64,000 nucleotides of DNA from Giardia intestinalis. Its lineage: Eukaryota. Of the stretch, positions 29,601-41,100 are shown piece by piece. The notes beneath the pieces were generated by a model that was not told the DNA's origin, made no database searches, and saw nothing but the letters and a program-made list of their open reading frames with translations. The position numbers were made by a program, and so were the translations under genes. How positions within the stretch are numbered: position 1 is the stretch's first letter; each line of letters begins with the position of its first letter. The DNA lies in assembly GCA_000002435.2 (NCBI GenBank), contig CM018789.1; one strand, given 5' to 3'.

Positions 29601-31161
29601 CCATCTGATGGAAGATGATATCAATCTCGTCAGTTGTCTACAACGTACACCAGTCAAATCTTATAGATGGACAGGGACCACCCAGCCCACAACACTAGAC
29701 ATTACCAGATATCTTTTAAGACAAGGAGGAGCGACTGGTAGACCACAGCAGTCGTCTGCTCATTGGAAACCTTCCAGTAACTGACTTAGGCCAGCTTCCT
29801 ACAAGATTCTTGGCGAGTTGTATCAGAAACGCATGCTTATGGGACTCCCAGCTCAAGGTGTATGGTGCTGGATCGCACTTTCCATACCAGTCTGTGTACA
29901 GCGGTGCTCTGGCCTCTAGCGGAGCTATAGAAGATCGCAGGATATGATGCCCTCAATAGGGTTTGTCTGATTCCTATAGCTATATGATAGGAGGATGCCG
30001 GCCTTCTATGCATTATGTAACGCGTGCTAAGCAACACCAGTACAAGTCCTGCAATGTGGCATGATTCGTGAGTCAAGAGGTAGGACGCTTGGGCTGATCG
30101 GCGTGTCTCCTCGGGACCAACTATAGCTCGGACCAAGGGTCATGAGCGAATGCTATTCGATTCCCTTATCAGCAGATGGGGGGATCAACTGCTCTAGTAC
30201 TCACAGGAGGCTATAAAGGATGCTGGACTAATACAGTCTCCCTGGATCCCTGTTCCTTCTACTACAGACATCCACATGTAGGAAGCTCTGAGGACCTAGA
30301 GCCCTACACTAACAGGTTCAAGGTACTGCACTCCTAGGTGCTTCCATTAGTGGTGGTAGTGATAGCACCAGGATGATCCAGAGGGGAGGATAAGAGTCCT
30401 GATCCATCAGCTCAGGGGGTGGCACAGCTTGGGCAGGGTTTCCTCCTTGTCTAAATTTAGGATTGCTGGCCTACGCCCTCTGACCATCTGACACCTTATC
30501 ATGTGATGTGGAACCTTAAAGTATCCACTACAAAAAGCCAGAAATAGCGCCATGCACACCCAACAAACCAGAGCGTCTCATAGGCCAATCTACACTGATT
30601 CACACATCTATGGACCTTAGCGACTGCTGCGATCTTCTCTTGGGATCTTGTAGGGGTCTATCCTTGAGTGCGGCTCCCCCACGACAGCTAGGAATCGCAG
30701 ACATAATCCAAAAGGATGAGAATACTACAGAGGCGGAGAAGAGATCATCGGCGCACGGGGGTCCACAGGGGCTCGATCCGCGCAGGGGAGGCACAGGGAG
30801 CTGGCTCATCAGGGACGCAGAGACATTAGGAGAGGAACCAGCAGTGGGCCCATAACGCAGGGAGGACGCCCGGGCCGCCCTTTGATTAGCTACAGGGTAG
30901 GGGAGTAGCAGACACGCAAGACAGCATCGCTACTTATTTTTGAATTTTCTGTTTCCCTGCGTGTTGTGCAAGAATCCGTGGTGGGCGGCAAACTATATGT
31001 AGTAGATGCTTTCAGCATTAACAACTATCGCTTGTACAACGATATTATAAAAAAGGAAGATCTCTAAGTTAGTAGCATAGTAATAACCAGATGAATCTTT
31101 TTAGCTTTAAGTACCTTTACTAACAGGACTCTTACCCTATAATAAGCTGAGGGAAACTTCA

Positions 31162-32952
31162 ATGTTGTTGATAGCCTTCTATCTTATATTATCTACATTT
31201 GCAGTAGATTGCAAGAATAGTGGAAATAGTTGTGAAGCTGGCCAATGTGATACGATTGGCGATACTGAAATCTGTATGCAATGTAATCAAGGGAAAGTAC
31301 CCATCAATGGAATATGTACAGCCCATAGTGAAGAAGCAGTCACTAACGCTGGTTGTAAGAAGAACGGGGGTACTAATATAGAAGAAAGTGATAAGGTATG
31401 TGGACAATGTGGAAATGGCTACTTCCTGCACAAAGGCGGATGCTATAAGATAGGAGAGGCTCCTGGCAATCTCATCTGTGCGGATGAGGCGTCAAATCCT
31501 GGTGCACGTACTGCAGGGGTGTGTGGTGCTTGCAAGGATGGCTATTATAAGAATTCGGATGCTGTTGCAACTGCAGACTCCTGTATAGCATGTGAAGATG
31601 CCAACTGTGCCACATGTGGAGGAGCTGGTGAAAACAAATGTACAAAATGTATAGACGGATACTTTGTTGGAGCAACTGGAAATGAAGGTGGGTGCATAAA
31701 ATGTGACGCTACCACAGGGCCTAATAGCTACAAAGGAGTTGCTGGATGTGCTAAATGTGAAAAGCCAAAGAACGCTGGTCCTGCAAAGTGCATTGAATGT
31801 GCTGCTGATTATTTGAAAACAGAAGCAGATGAACAAACGTCTTGCGTTAGCGAAGCCGTGTGCAGAGAAGGCAAGACGCACTTCCCCACTACTGACAGCG
31901 CTGGTGGTAACAAGAAGGTATGCGTAAGTTGTGGCACAACGAATAATGGCGGCATAGAAAACTGTGGAGAATGCACCTCTAAGGAAAGCGCTGCACGGGC
32001 AGGGACAGAGATCACCTGCACCAAATGCTCTAGCAATAATCTGAGCCCCCTGGGAGACGCGTGTCTAACAGACTGCCCTGCCGGAACGTATGCCGTTAGT
32101 GGCGACAGCGGCAGTGTCTGCAAGCCCTGTCACAACACGTGCGCCGGCTGCCAGACCGACGACAGGGAGACTTCCTGCACGGCCTGCTACCCTGGATACT
32201 CCCTTCTGTATGAGTCCAACGGAGCAACTGGGAGGTGCGTCAAGGAGTGCACTGGTGCGTTCATTACCAACTGTGCGGACGGGCAGTGCACGGCTAACGT
32301 CGGGGGTGCGAAGTACTGCACCCAGTGCAAGGACGGGTACGCCCCGATCGACGGGATCTGTACAGCGGTGGCAGCTGCCGGGAGAGACGTGAGCGTGTGC
32401 ACGGCCACAGGTGGCAAGTGCACGGCATGTACAGGCAACTATGCGTTATTATCAGGTGGATGTTATAACACACAAACACTTCCTGGAAAGTCAGTATGTA
32501 AAGCCGTGGCTAATAGCAATGACGGGAAATGCAAAACATGTGCCAATGGTCAAGCACCAGATCCTGCTACTAATTTCTGCCCATTGTGTGATTCAACTTG
32601 TGCAGAATGTTCAACTAAAAATGATGCTGATGCTTGTACAAAATGTTTTCCAGGATACTATAAAACAGGAAATAAGTGTATCAAATGTACAGAAAGTAGT
32701 AATAACGGAAAAAAGATCGATGGAATACCTGATTGTTTAAGTTGTGAAGCACCGATTAATACTGGTCCTGTCATCTGCTACGTTAAAACGGATGGCACTA
32801 GCGATGATAACAGCGGCAATGGTGGAGACAGCACCAACAAGAGCGGCCTTTCCACTGGCGCCATCGCGGGGATCTCCGTCGCAGCCTTCGTCGTCGTGGC
32901 CGGCCTCGTGGGCTTCCTCTGCTGGTGGTTCATATGCAGGGGGAAGGCGTAG
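31162..32952 (+). CDS. vsp: Variant-specific surface protein (VSP), 596 aa, left-arm copy
   Basis: Signal peptide MLLIAFYLILSTFAVDC; about 12% Cys with dozens of CXXC motifs (CGQC, CGAC, CIAC, CATC, CTKC, CAKC, CIEC, CVSC, CGEC, CAGC, CTAC, CTQC, CKTC, CAEC, CTKC, CIKC, CLSC); GGCY motifs; a C-terminal TM helix (GAIAGISVAAFVVVAGLVGFLCWWFI) and the invariant CRGKA tail. AGTAAAC polyA signal 9 nt after the stop. Confidence 0.92.
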   Translation: MLLIAFYLILSTFAVDCKNSGNSCEAGQCDTIGDTEICMQCNQGKVPINGICTAHSEEAVTNAGCKKNGGTNIEESDKVCGQCGNGYFLHKGGCYKIGEAPGNLICADEASNPGARTAGVCGACKDGYYKNSDAVATADSCIACEDANCATCGGAGENKCTKCIDGYFVGATGNEGGCIKCDATTGPNSYKGVAGCAKCEKPKNAGPAKCIECAADYLKTEADEQTSCVSEAVCREGKTHFPTTDSAGGNKKVCVSCGTTNNGGIENCGECTSKESAARAGTEITCTKCSSNNLSPLGDACLTDCPAGTYAVSGDSGSVCKPCHNTCAGCQTDDRETSCTACYPGYSLLYESNGATGRCVKECTGAFITNCADGQCTANVGGAKYCTQCKDGYAPIDGICTAVAAAGRDVSVCTATGGKCTACTGNYALLSGGCYNTQTLPGKSVCKAVANSNDGKCKTCANGQAPDPATNFCPLCDSTCAECSTKNDADACTKCFPGYYKTGNKCIKCTESSNNGKKIDGIPDCLSCEAPINTGPVICYVKTDGTSDDNSGNGGDSTNKSGLSTGAIAGISVAAFVVVAGLVGFLCWWFICRGKA

Positions 32953-32960
32953 ACTTAGGT

Positions 32961-32967
32961 AGTAAAC
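32961..32967 (+). promoter_or_regulatory. Giardia-type polyadenylation signal (AGTRAAY = AGTAAAC) for the left VSP copy
   Basis: ...gcgTAGacttaggtAGTAAACgcg. The motif lies within 15 nt of the stop codon, as is typical for Giardia mRNAs. The mirror copy is at 35586-35592 on the minus strand. Confidence 0.6.
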
Positions 32968-33420
32968 GCGTCACTGTATATGGCTTATTACGCTGTGCTG
33001 CTGGGGCTATCTGAGAGCGGTCCAGAGATCATGCGAGTGGGCCCGCTCCTTCCTGGCCAGTCTAAGGACGAGGGTTGAGTATGGATAACATAATGAAAGA
33101 GTCCTCTTCAGTGACACATCCAGAATCTGGGCATTCCTCGCCGCTCCATGAGGATATGCTCTGTCTGGATGTCCATGCCGATCTGCCTTGGATTCAGGTC
33201 TTCTCGCAGACTCTCTGCTCTACCAGTGGCGCCTCTCCTTGGCCTGCCGTCTGGTGGGTGAAGCTCCAGTCGCCGTCTTTTTTAGATGCTCCCGTCTGAC
33301 TCGGTGATTGCTGTCGGGCCCTCCGCTGGCTGGGCCCCTCGGTGTCCGGGCAGCTGTGGCCCGGGTCAGCGCTCCCACAGTCGCGGTCGCTTGGGTCCCA
33401 GCGGGTTCGGATGATGGGTG

Positions 33421-35132
33421 GGGCGGTGAGGCTGGTGGGGCTCTGGTGGGGGCTGAGGTTGGTGGTGTTCGTATGTGCCTCTGGGTTCGGTGGGTCATTG
33501 GGGTGATCCCCGCTCTGTTTGCCAAGGTGGTTGTGTCTGCTCTCCAGCCCTCGTTGCACTCCCGAGACACAGGCACCGACGATCGTGTCGTGTCCCCCTG
33601 ACTGAGTGCCTCCCTTGGCCCCTGCATGCCTCAGGCAGTACTGCTGCTCTGTCTGGCTGGTGCGTGAGTGTCGAGGCAGGCCATCGCAGCCCCTCCTGCT
33701 ACTCGCTGTTGCTCTGTGCGGGTCTGCTGAGCCCCTGGCATGCCCTGTCCGGTGCCTCGACGGGGAGTTCACCTGGGACCAGCAGGGGTGTGGATGAGCC
33801 TGTGGATGGGATGGGTTCTCTCATGCCTCTAGTGTGATGACTCAAAAGACTAACACGGTGGGGCATCGGTGACTGCACTGTCCCCGTGGTCAGCTGTGCT
33901 GCTCCTGGTGGGTCCTCGTTGTGAAGCGCTGTGTGTCGTCCGTAGGCAGGGGTGAGCCCCCTTGGTCTCAGGATGCTCTACCATCAGAGAGGAGCACGCT
34001 GAGGATCACCCAACATCACCTGCTGTGCCCTCGGGAGTTCCCGGTGTGGTCTACTAACCTTGACCCCTCCTCGTGGCTCTGATGACCCCTCGGGGAGAGT
34101 CGGCATCCTATGCCAGGGGAGGCGTGCACCCTCCTGCATGAGCTGAGTCACTCACTGCACTGCCCTCAAGGAGGTCTGCTATGAGAGGCAGTGGAATGAT
34201 CGACAGCCCCTCAGAGTGGGTGGAGGGTGCTCGTGGTCGTCTCTGTGACCGGGCATCACTCTGATGGTCAGTCCTGTGCCTGGGTGGTGCTCAGAGGTCA
34301 CCTGTGCTCCATAGCCTGCTGGACAGCCGGGCCTCTTGTGGTGTCCGAAGGTCTCCTCACTCCTCTGGCTGCTGCCCCCTCAGGTCATCGTGAATGCAGT
34401 CGAGGCCAGCGAGTCTGGTGCCTGCCTGGGTGTCATGGGGGCTGGCAGCTGTCAGGGCTCTGCCACTGCTCACCTGCCTGGAGTGTGCCTCCCTTGGGCC
34501 TGCTCTGCTGTAGTGTTTGAGTCCTCTGGCTTCCTATCAGGCCCTGATTGTGAGGGTGACCCCACCTGGTCCTCTGATGCCCCTGTGGATGAGCATGGCA
34601 GCTGTCTGGCTGGGAATCTCTGGTGCCCGTGTCTGTTGCTGCCTCTCGGGTGCTCGGGTGGTTGCCTGGGGCTCTCGTATGGGGCACAGTCAGCGTGTCC
34701 CGAGCAGACTCCGGTCCTCTCTGGGTCTACACAGTCTGTTCGTGTGTGGACGGTCCTCCTGCACTCAGGTCCGTCTGGTTCATTGTCACTCAGCTTCGAG
34801 AGTAGGCCAGTGCAGTCACCAGGGCTGCTGTCAGAGGGAGTCGTCTGCCACTACCATCGCTCGAGCAGGCCCTGCAGATCAGGCTGGCTGCTGTGCACCC
34901 TCAGCATCATGGCAGGGCTGCTTAACTCCCTTGGTCACCCTCTCTGTCCCAGCGTGCACGGCTCCTGAGGGTTGCCTGGGCGGAGGGCACTCACGAGTCC
35001 ACAGAGGGATGGGTCACAGATAGACAGCCCCCAGTCACCACAGCTGCGATCACCCGACATGGCCCATCAGACCCAGGGGCACATACAACCACCCCCCGGT
35101 CCCCTCCAGCCTCACCGCCCCATACCCCGCCT
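33421..35132. other. Unique, asymmetric central spacer of the palindrome (about 1.7 kb). It is GC-rich, and the top strand is G+T-rich and A-poor. No credible coding capacity.
   Basis: The sequence either side of the symmetry axis (about 34276) is not self-complementary. ORFs here (e.g. 34336-34968, 33194-33772) translate to P/S/G/W/C-rich low-complexity junk without VSP CXXC periodicity. G-runs on the top strand at the left boundary (ggggcggtgaggctggtggggctctggtgggggctgagg, 33420-33460); C-runs on the top strand at the right boundary (ccccccggtcccctccagcctcaccgcccc, about 35090-35125). Confidence 0.7.
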
Positions 35133-38100
35133 CACCCATCATCCGAACCCGCTGGGACCCAAGCGACCGCGACTGTGGGAGCGCTGACCCGGGCCACAGC
35201 TGCCCGGACACCGAGGGGCCCAGCCAGCGGAGGGCCCGACAGCAATCACCGAGTCAGACGGGAGCATCTAAAAAAGACGGCGACTGGAGCTTCACCCACC
35301 AGACGGCAGGCCAAGGAGAGGCGCCACTGGTAGAGCAGAGAGTCTGCGAGAAGACCTGAATCCAAGGCAGATCGGCATGGACATCCAGACAGAGCATATC
35401 CTCATGGAGCGGCGAGGAATGCCCAGATTCTGGATGTGTCACTGAAGAGGACTCTTTCATTATGTTATCCATACTCAACCCTCGTCCTTAGACTGGCCAG
35501 GAAGGAGCGGGCCCACTCGCATGATCTCTGGACCGCTCTCAGATAGCCCCAGCAGCACAGCGTAATAAGCCATATACAGTGACGCGTTTACTACCTAAGT
35601 CTACGCCTTCCCCCTGCATATGAACCACCAGCAGAGGAAGCCCACGAGGCCGGCCACGACGACGAAGGCTGCGACGGAGATCCCCGCGATGGCGCCAGTG
35701 GAAAGGCCGCTCTTGTTGGTGCTGTCTCCACCATTGCCGCTGTTATCATCGCTAGTGCCATCCGTTTTAACGTAGCAGATGACAGGACCAGTATTAATCG
35801 GTGCTTCACAACTTAAACAATCAGGTATTCCATCGATCTTTTTTCCGTTATTACTACTTTCTGTACATTTGATACACTTATTTCCTGTTTTATAGTATCC
35901 TGGAAAACATTTTGTACAAGCATCAGCATCATTTTTAGTTGAACATTCTGCACAAGTTGAATCACACAATGGGCAGAAATTAGTAGCAGGATCTGGTGCT
36001 TGACCATTGGCACATGTTTTGCATTTCCCGTCATTGCTATTAGCCACGGCTTTACATACTGACTTTCCAGGAAGTGTTTGTGTGTTATAACATCCACCTG
36101 ATAATAACGCATAGTTGCCTGTACATGCCGTGCACTTGCCACCTGTGGCCGTGCACACGCTCACGTCTCTCCCGGCAGCTGCCACCGCTGTACAGATCCC
36201 GTCGATCGGGGCGTACCCGTCCTTGCACTGGGTGCAGTACTTCGCACCCCCGACGTTAGCCGTGCACTGCCCGTCCGCACAGTTGGTAATGAACGCACCA
36301 GTGCACTCCTTGACGCACCTCCCAGTTGCTCCGTTGGACTCATACAGAAGGGAGTATCCAGGGTAGCAGGCCGTGCAGGAAGTCTCCCTGTCGTCGGTCT
36401 GGCAGCCGGCGCACGTGTTGTGACAGGGCTTGCAGACACTGCCGCTGTCGCCACTAACGGCATACGTTCCGGCAGGGCAGTCTGTTAGACACGCGTCTCC
36501 CAGGGGGCTCAGATTATTGCTAGAGCATTTGGTGCAGGTGATCTCTGTCCCTGCCCGTGCAGCGCTTTCCTTAGAGGTGCATTCTCCACAGTTTTCTATG
36601 CCGCCATTATTCGTTGTGCCACAACTTACGCATACCTTCTTGTTACCACCAGCGCTGTCAGTAGTGGGGAAGTGCGTCTTGCCTTCTCTGCACACGGCTT
36701 CGCTAACGCAAGACGTTTGTTCATCTGCTTCTGTTTTCAAATAATCAGCAGCACATTCAATGCACTTTGCAGGACCAGCGTTCTTTGGCTTTTCACATTT
36801 AGCACATCCAGCAACTCCTTTGTAGCTATTAGGCCCTGTGGTAGCGTCACATTTTATGCACCCACCTTCATTTCCAGTTGCTCCAACAAAGTATCCGTCT
36901 ATACATTTTGTACATTTGTTTTCACCAGCTCCTCCACATGTGGCACAGTTGGCATCTTCACATGCTATACAGGAGTCTGCAGTTGCAACAGCATCCGAAT
37001 TCTTATAATAGCCATCCTTGCAAGCACCACACACCCCTGCAGTACGTGCACCAGGATTTGACGCCTCATCCGCACAGATGAGATTGCCAGGAGCCTCTCC
37101 TATCTTATAGCATCCGCCTTTGTGCAGGAAGTAGCCATTTCCACATTGTCCACATACCTTATCACTTTCTTCTATATTAGTACCCCCGTTCTTCTTACAA
37201 CCAGCGTTAGTGACTGCTTCTTCACTATGGGCTGTACATATTCCATTGATGGGTACTTTCCCTTGATTACATTGCATACAGATTTCAGTATCGCCAATCG
37301 TATCACATTGGCCAGCTTCACAACTATTTCCACTATTCTTGCAATCTACTGCAAATGTAGATAATATAAGATAGAAGGCTATCAACAACATTGAAGTTTC
37401 CCTCAGCTTATTATAGGGTAAGAGTCCTGTTAGTAAAGGTACTTAAAGCTAAAAAGATTCATCTGGTTATTACTATGCTACTAACTTAGAGATCTTCCTT
37501 TTTTATAATATCGTTGTACAAGCGATAGTTGTTAATGCTGAAAGCATCTACTACATATAGTTTGCCGCCCACCACGGATTCTTGCACAACACGCAGGGAA
37601 ACAGAAAATTCAAAAATAAGTAGCGATGCTGTCTTGCGTGTCTGCTACTCCCCTACCCTGTAGCTAATCAAAGGGCGGCCCGGGCGTCCTCCCTGCGTTA
37701 TGGGCCCACTGCTGGTTCCTCTCCTAATGTCTCTGCGTCCCTGATGAGCCAGCTCCCTGTGCCTCCCCTGCGCGGATCGAGCCCCTGTGGACCCCCGTGC
37801 GCCGATGATCTCTTCTCCGCCTCTGTAGTATTCTCATCCTTTTGGATTATGTCTGCGATTCCTAGCTGTCGTGGGGGAGCCGCACTCAAGGATAGACCCC
37901 TACAAGATCCCAAGAGAAGATCGCAGCAGTCGCTAAGGTCCATAGATGTGTGAATCAGTGTAGATTGGCCTATGAGACGCTCTGGTTTGTTGGGTGTGCA
38001 TGGCGCTATTTCTGGCTTTTTGTAGTGGATACTTTAAGGTTCCACATCACATGATAAGGTGTCAGATGGTCAGAGGGCGTAGGCCAGCAATCCTAAATTT

Positions 38101-41100
38101 AGACAAGGAGGAAACCCTGCCCAAGCTGTGCCACCCCCTGAGCTGATGGATCAGGACTCTTATCCTCCCCTCTGGATCATCCTGGTGCTATCACTACCAC
38201 CACTAATGGAAGCACCTAGGAGTGCAGTACCTTGAACCTGTTAGTGTAGGGCTCTAGGTCCTCAGAGCTTCCTACATGTGGATGTCTGTAGTAGAAGGAA
38301 CAGGGATCCAGGGAGACTGTATTAGTCCAGCATCCTTTATAGCCTCCTGTGAGTACTAGAGCAGTTGATCCCCCCATCTGCTGATAAGGGAATCGAATAG
38401 CATTCGCTCATGACCCTTGGTCCGAGCTATAGTTGGTCCCGAGGAGACACGCCGATCAGCCCAAGCGTCCTACCTCTTGACTCACGAATCATGCCACATT
38501 GCAGGACTTGTACTGGTGTTGCTTAGCACGCGTTACATAATGCATAGAAGGCCGGCATCCTCCTATCATATAGCTATAGGAATCAGACAAACCCTATTGA
38601 GGGCATCATATCCTGCGATCTTCTATAGCTCCGCTAGAGGCCAGAGCACCGCTGTACACAGACTGGTATGGAAAGTGCGATCCAGCACCATACACCTTGA
38701 GCTGGGAGTCCCATAAGCATGCGTTTCTGATACAACTCGCCAAGAATCTTGTAGGAAGCTGGCCTAAGTCAGTTACTGGAAGGTTTCCAATGAGCAGACG
38801 ACTGCTGTGGTCTACCAGTCGCTCCTCCTTGTCTTAAAAGATATCTGGTAATGTCTAGTGTTGTGGGCTGGGTGGTCCCTGTCCATCTATAAGATTTGAC
38901 TGGTGTACGTTGTAGACAACTGACGAGATTGATATCATCTTCCATCAGATGGGTCTGGGTGAGCAGGCAAACTATGTAGTTGACCGGTTATTCTAAAAAA
39001 TCCTGCACTTATGAGGCCACAACTACAACTTGCATTCGATAGGTAAGGAGTTCTATTGGACTGGGATGCTCTCTGCAAGTTCCTCGGGACGTGTGGCTAC
39101 CTTAGCGCAGTCTCCAAGAGGGTAGCCTTGTCTGACGGAGACGTGCAGGCACGAGCACAATATAGCGCCCTTCTCAGTCTACAGGGTCAAGCACACCCCA
39201 GACGACGGAGATAGATGGAGACCCAGAAGTGATCAATGCTAATCTGAGCTGTTCTGATCCCTCTTGGCTAAAAGATTAGTAGGATCGCAAAATGACAGGG
39301 ACCCACTTCACACCCCCGCTCAAGGAGGTCATGCCTTAGTGGAAGTACGTGTCATGGTTACTGCTGACTACTCGTTAACAAGGTACTGCTGTGCTTGAAG
39401 ACCTCCTGGAATAGCCTGTCTCGGTTTGCTGGTCATGAGCTGGGTCCTCGCGCTAGCTGATTGGATGAGAAACAGTAGTAGTATTACCCAGACGATGAGC
39501 TGAGAAGGCTGATGCTGACTATGTATCTCTCACGCTGAGCATACCCACTGTGCAGCGCAAGGGATTTGACGTCCTAGGTGGTCAGTCGAAGCTGCTAAGT
39601 GTTTGGTAGTAACGATATGCACGCGGGCTCCAGACAGCGGATTGTGAGTGAAGATGTTGGGGAGCACAAGACCTGCTGGATTACATAAGACGTACAAAGG
39701 ACCCCCACGCAGTGAACTGATTGACCCTTTTTCTTGGTAGACAAGGCTCTGGCCTGTAGTGGCCGCCTGCATAACACATTCTTTTGTGGGACCGATGGAA
39801 GCACCTGTTGATCTGGAAAGACCATCAATAAATGGTTGCACGAGATAGACGGGCAGAGGACAAGAGCTGATCAGATCACCTTGGCTGATGAGCAATCCAA
39901 ACTACGCAGTATGTGTAGCAACCTGTATCGAAGGTGGAGATACATCGTAGGACGTCATGTGGCCAAGAAGCGTCATTGGTGTCCGTCTGCCGTGGGAGGA
40001 CGTAGGTGAGACACATGTGGACAGCAACCATGCCGACTGATACCAACCTGCGCAGTATACCTCTACAATCGATCCTCACCCGTATACGAAGGGAAGGTGA
40101 ATGCCCTCGGTTCCAAACGAAGCAACTCTTAATAATATTACGTTGCTGTAAGTGCATAAAATCAAAAAGCAGCATCTAGCTTGTCTGCAGACCCTACGAC
40201 CTCTCCAGGCATAGAGGTCAAAGAGGCAATACAGGTGTCCCTGCTGTAATTCAGGCTAATTGCTGGCCTCTCTAGCATCAGTTTTATCTCACTGGTCTGC
40301 TGGTGGCCTCTACCTTCTCTGTGTGAGCCGGCTCTCTGAGAATCGCTGTGCACGGATAGCTTCCTGTGCACCTAAGTAACACCCTTCTTCGTTGAGGTGT
40401 GTCACCAAGGGCTAAATATTATAAAGCGAATGCTACCAAAGACAAGCCTCCTCGTAGGTCCGTCTGCCACTAGCAGGGAGCATCCAAACGTGTGCACAGG
40501 TTCTTGACAAATGGACTGTGATCCAGGCCAGTCAGTACACTAGGCTTATGGCACTTGGTGCACGAGTTTCCGTTTTTAGCTTTAGATGCAGGCCCATGTC
40601 TCATCTTGAAAGACGGTGGATTGCTCTGCAGGACCTTTTTAAGTATACAGTTATCATTATAGCCAGTGGAGAAGCAGCCATAAAGACTCTATACTTAAAC
40701 AAAAGCACCTCTGGTGCAACCAAGCGCTGTCTCCTATCGATAGCAAACACCTCAGACAGACGGTGGCTACTCTACCATTGGACATCGTGCAACGTGGATA
40801 ACCATGGAAGCCGCTGTAATCTCTATTCAGTCTGCCGAGCAGACGCAGCCTCTGATCGCAGCAAGCACGATGGCTGACAGGGTGCCAATGTAAGCCAGCT
40901 GAACCGCCTGTCTCAGCGCAGCTGCATGCATTTGGAAGTTGGAGTGCACCTTTATGAAGACAACGCACCGTCTGTATATACCGTTGTCTCCTTCTGTGCT
41001 GCTTAAGATCTTAATGCCTCAGAAGTCAGGGCCAGCCAGAGTGTCCCCAGCCTGCTCACCTGGGAGACCAAGGTCGATACCGCGCATAATACATCATCTT

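Larger units (their letters stand above)
25135..33420. repeat. Left arm (8286 bp) of a large inverted repeat/palindrome, essentially identical to the reverse complement of 35133-43418
   Basis: Every ORF in this arm has an exact mirror partner at coordinate 68553-x (e.g. 25338-25658(-) = 42895-43215(+); 31162-32952(+) = 35601-37391(-); 33075-33299(+) = 35254-35478(-)). Direct comparison of both ends shows perfect identity up to 25135/43418 and 33420/35133, then about 75-80% identity for about 60-100 bp with indels before homology is lost. Confidence 0.9.

Noticed and set aside
30888-30895. Single cagggtagggg / TAGGG-like match, looked at for telomeric repeats (Giardia telomere unit TAGGG)
   Set aside because: Only an isolated occurrence and no tandem array, so this is not a subtelomeric junction.
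33194-35023. ORFs of 120-210 aa within the palindrome spacer (e.g. 34336-34968 +, 33194-33772 -, 34517-35023 +) and dozens of 60-129-aa ORFs overlapping the VSP genes on the opposite strand
   Set aside because: Translations are P/S/G/W/C-rich low complexity with no CXXC periodicity, signal peptide or CRGKA tail. They arise from GC-rich, compositionally skewed non-coding DNA. ORFs overlapping the VSP on the other strand are by-products of the Cys-codon-rich, stop-poor VSP sequence.
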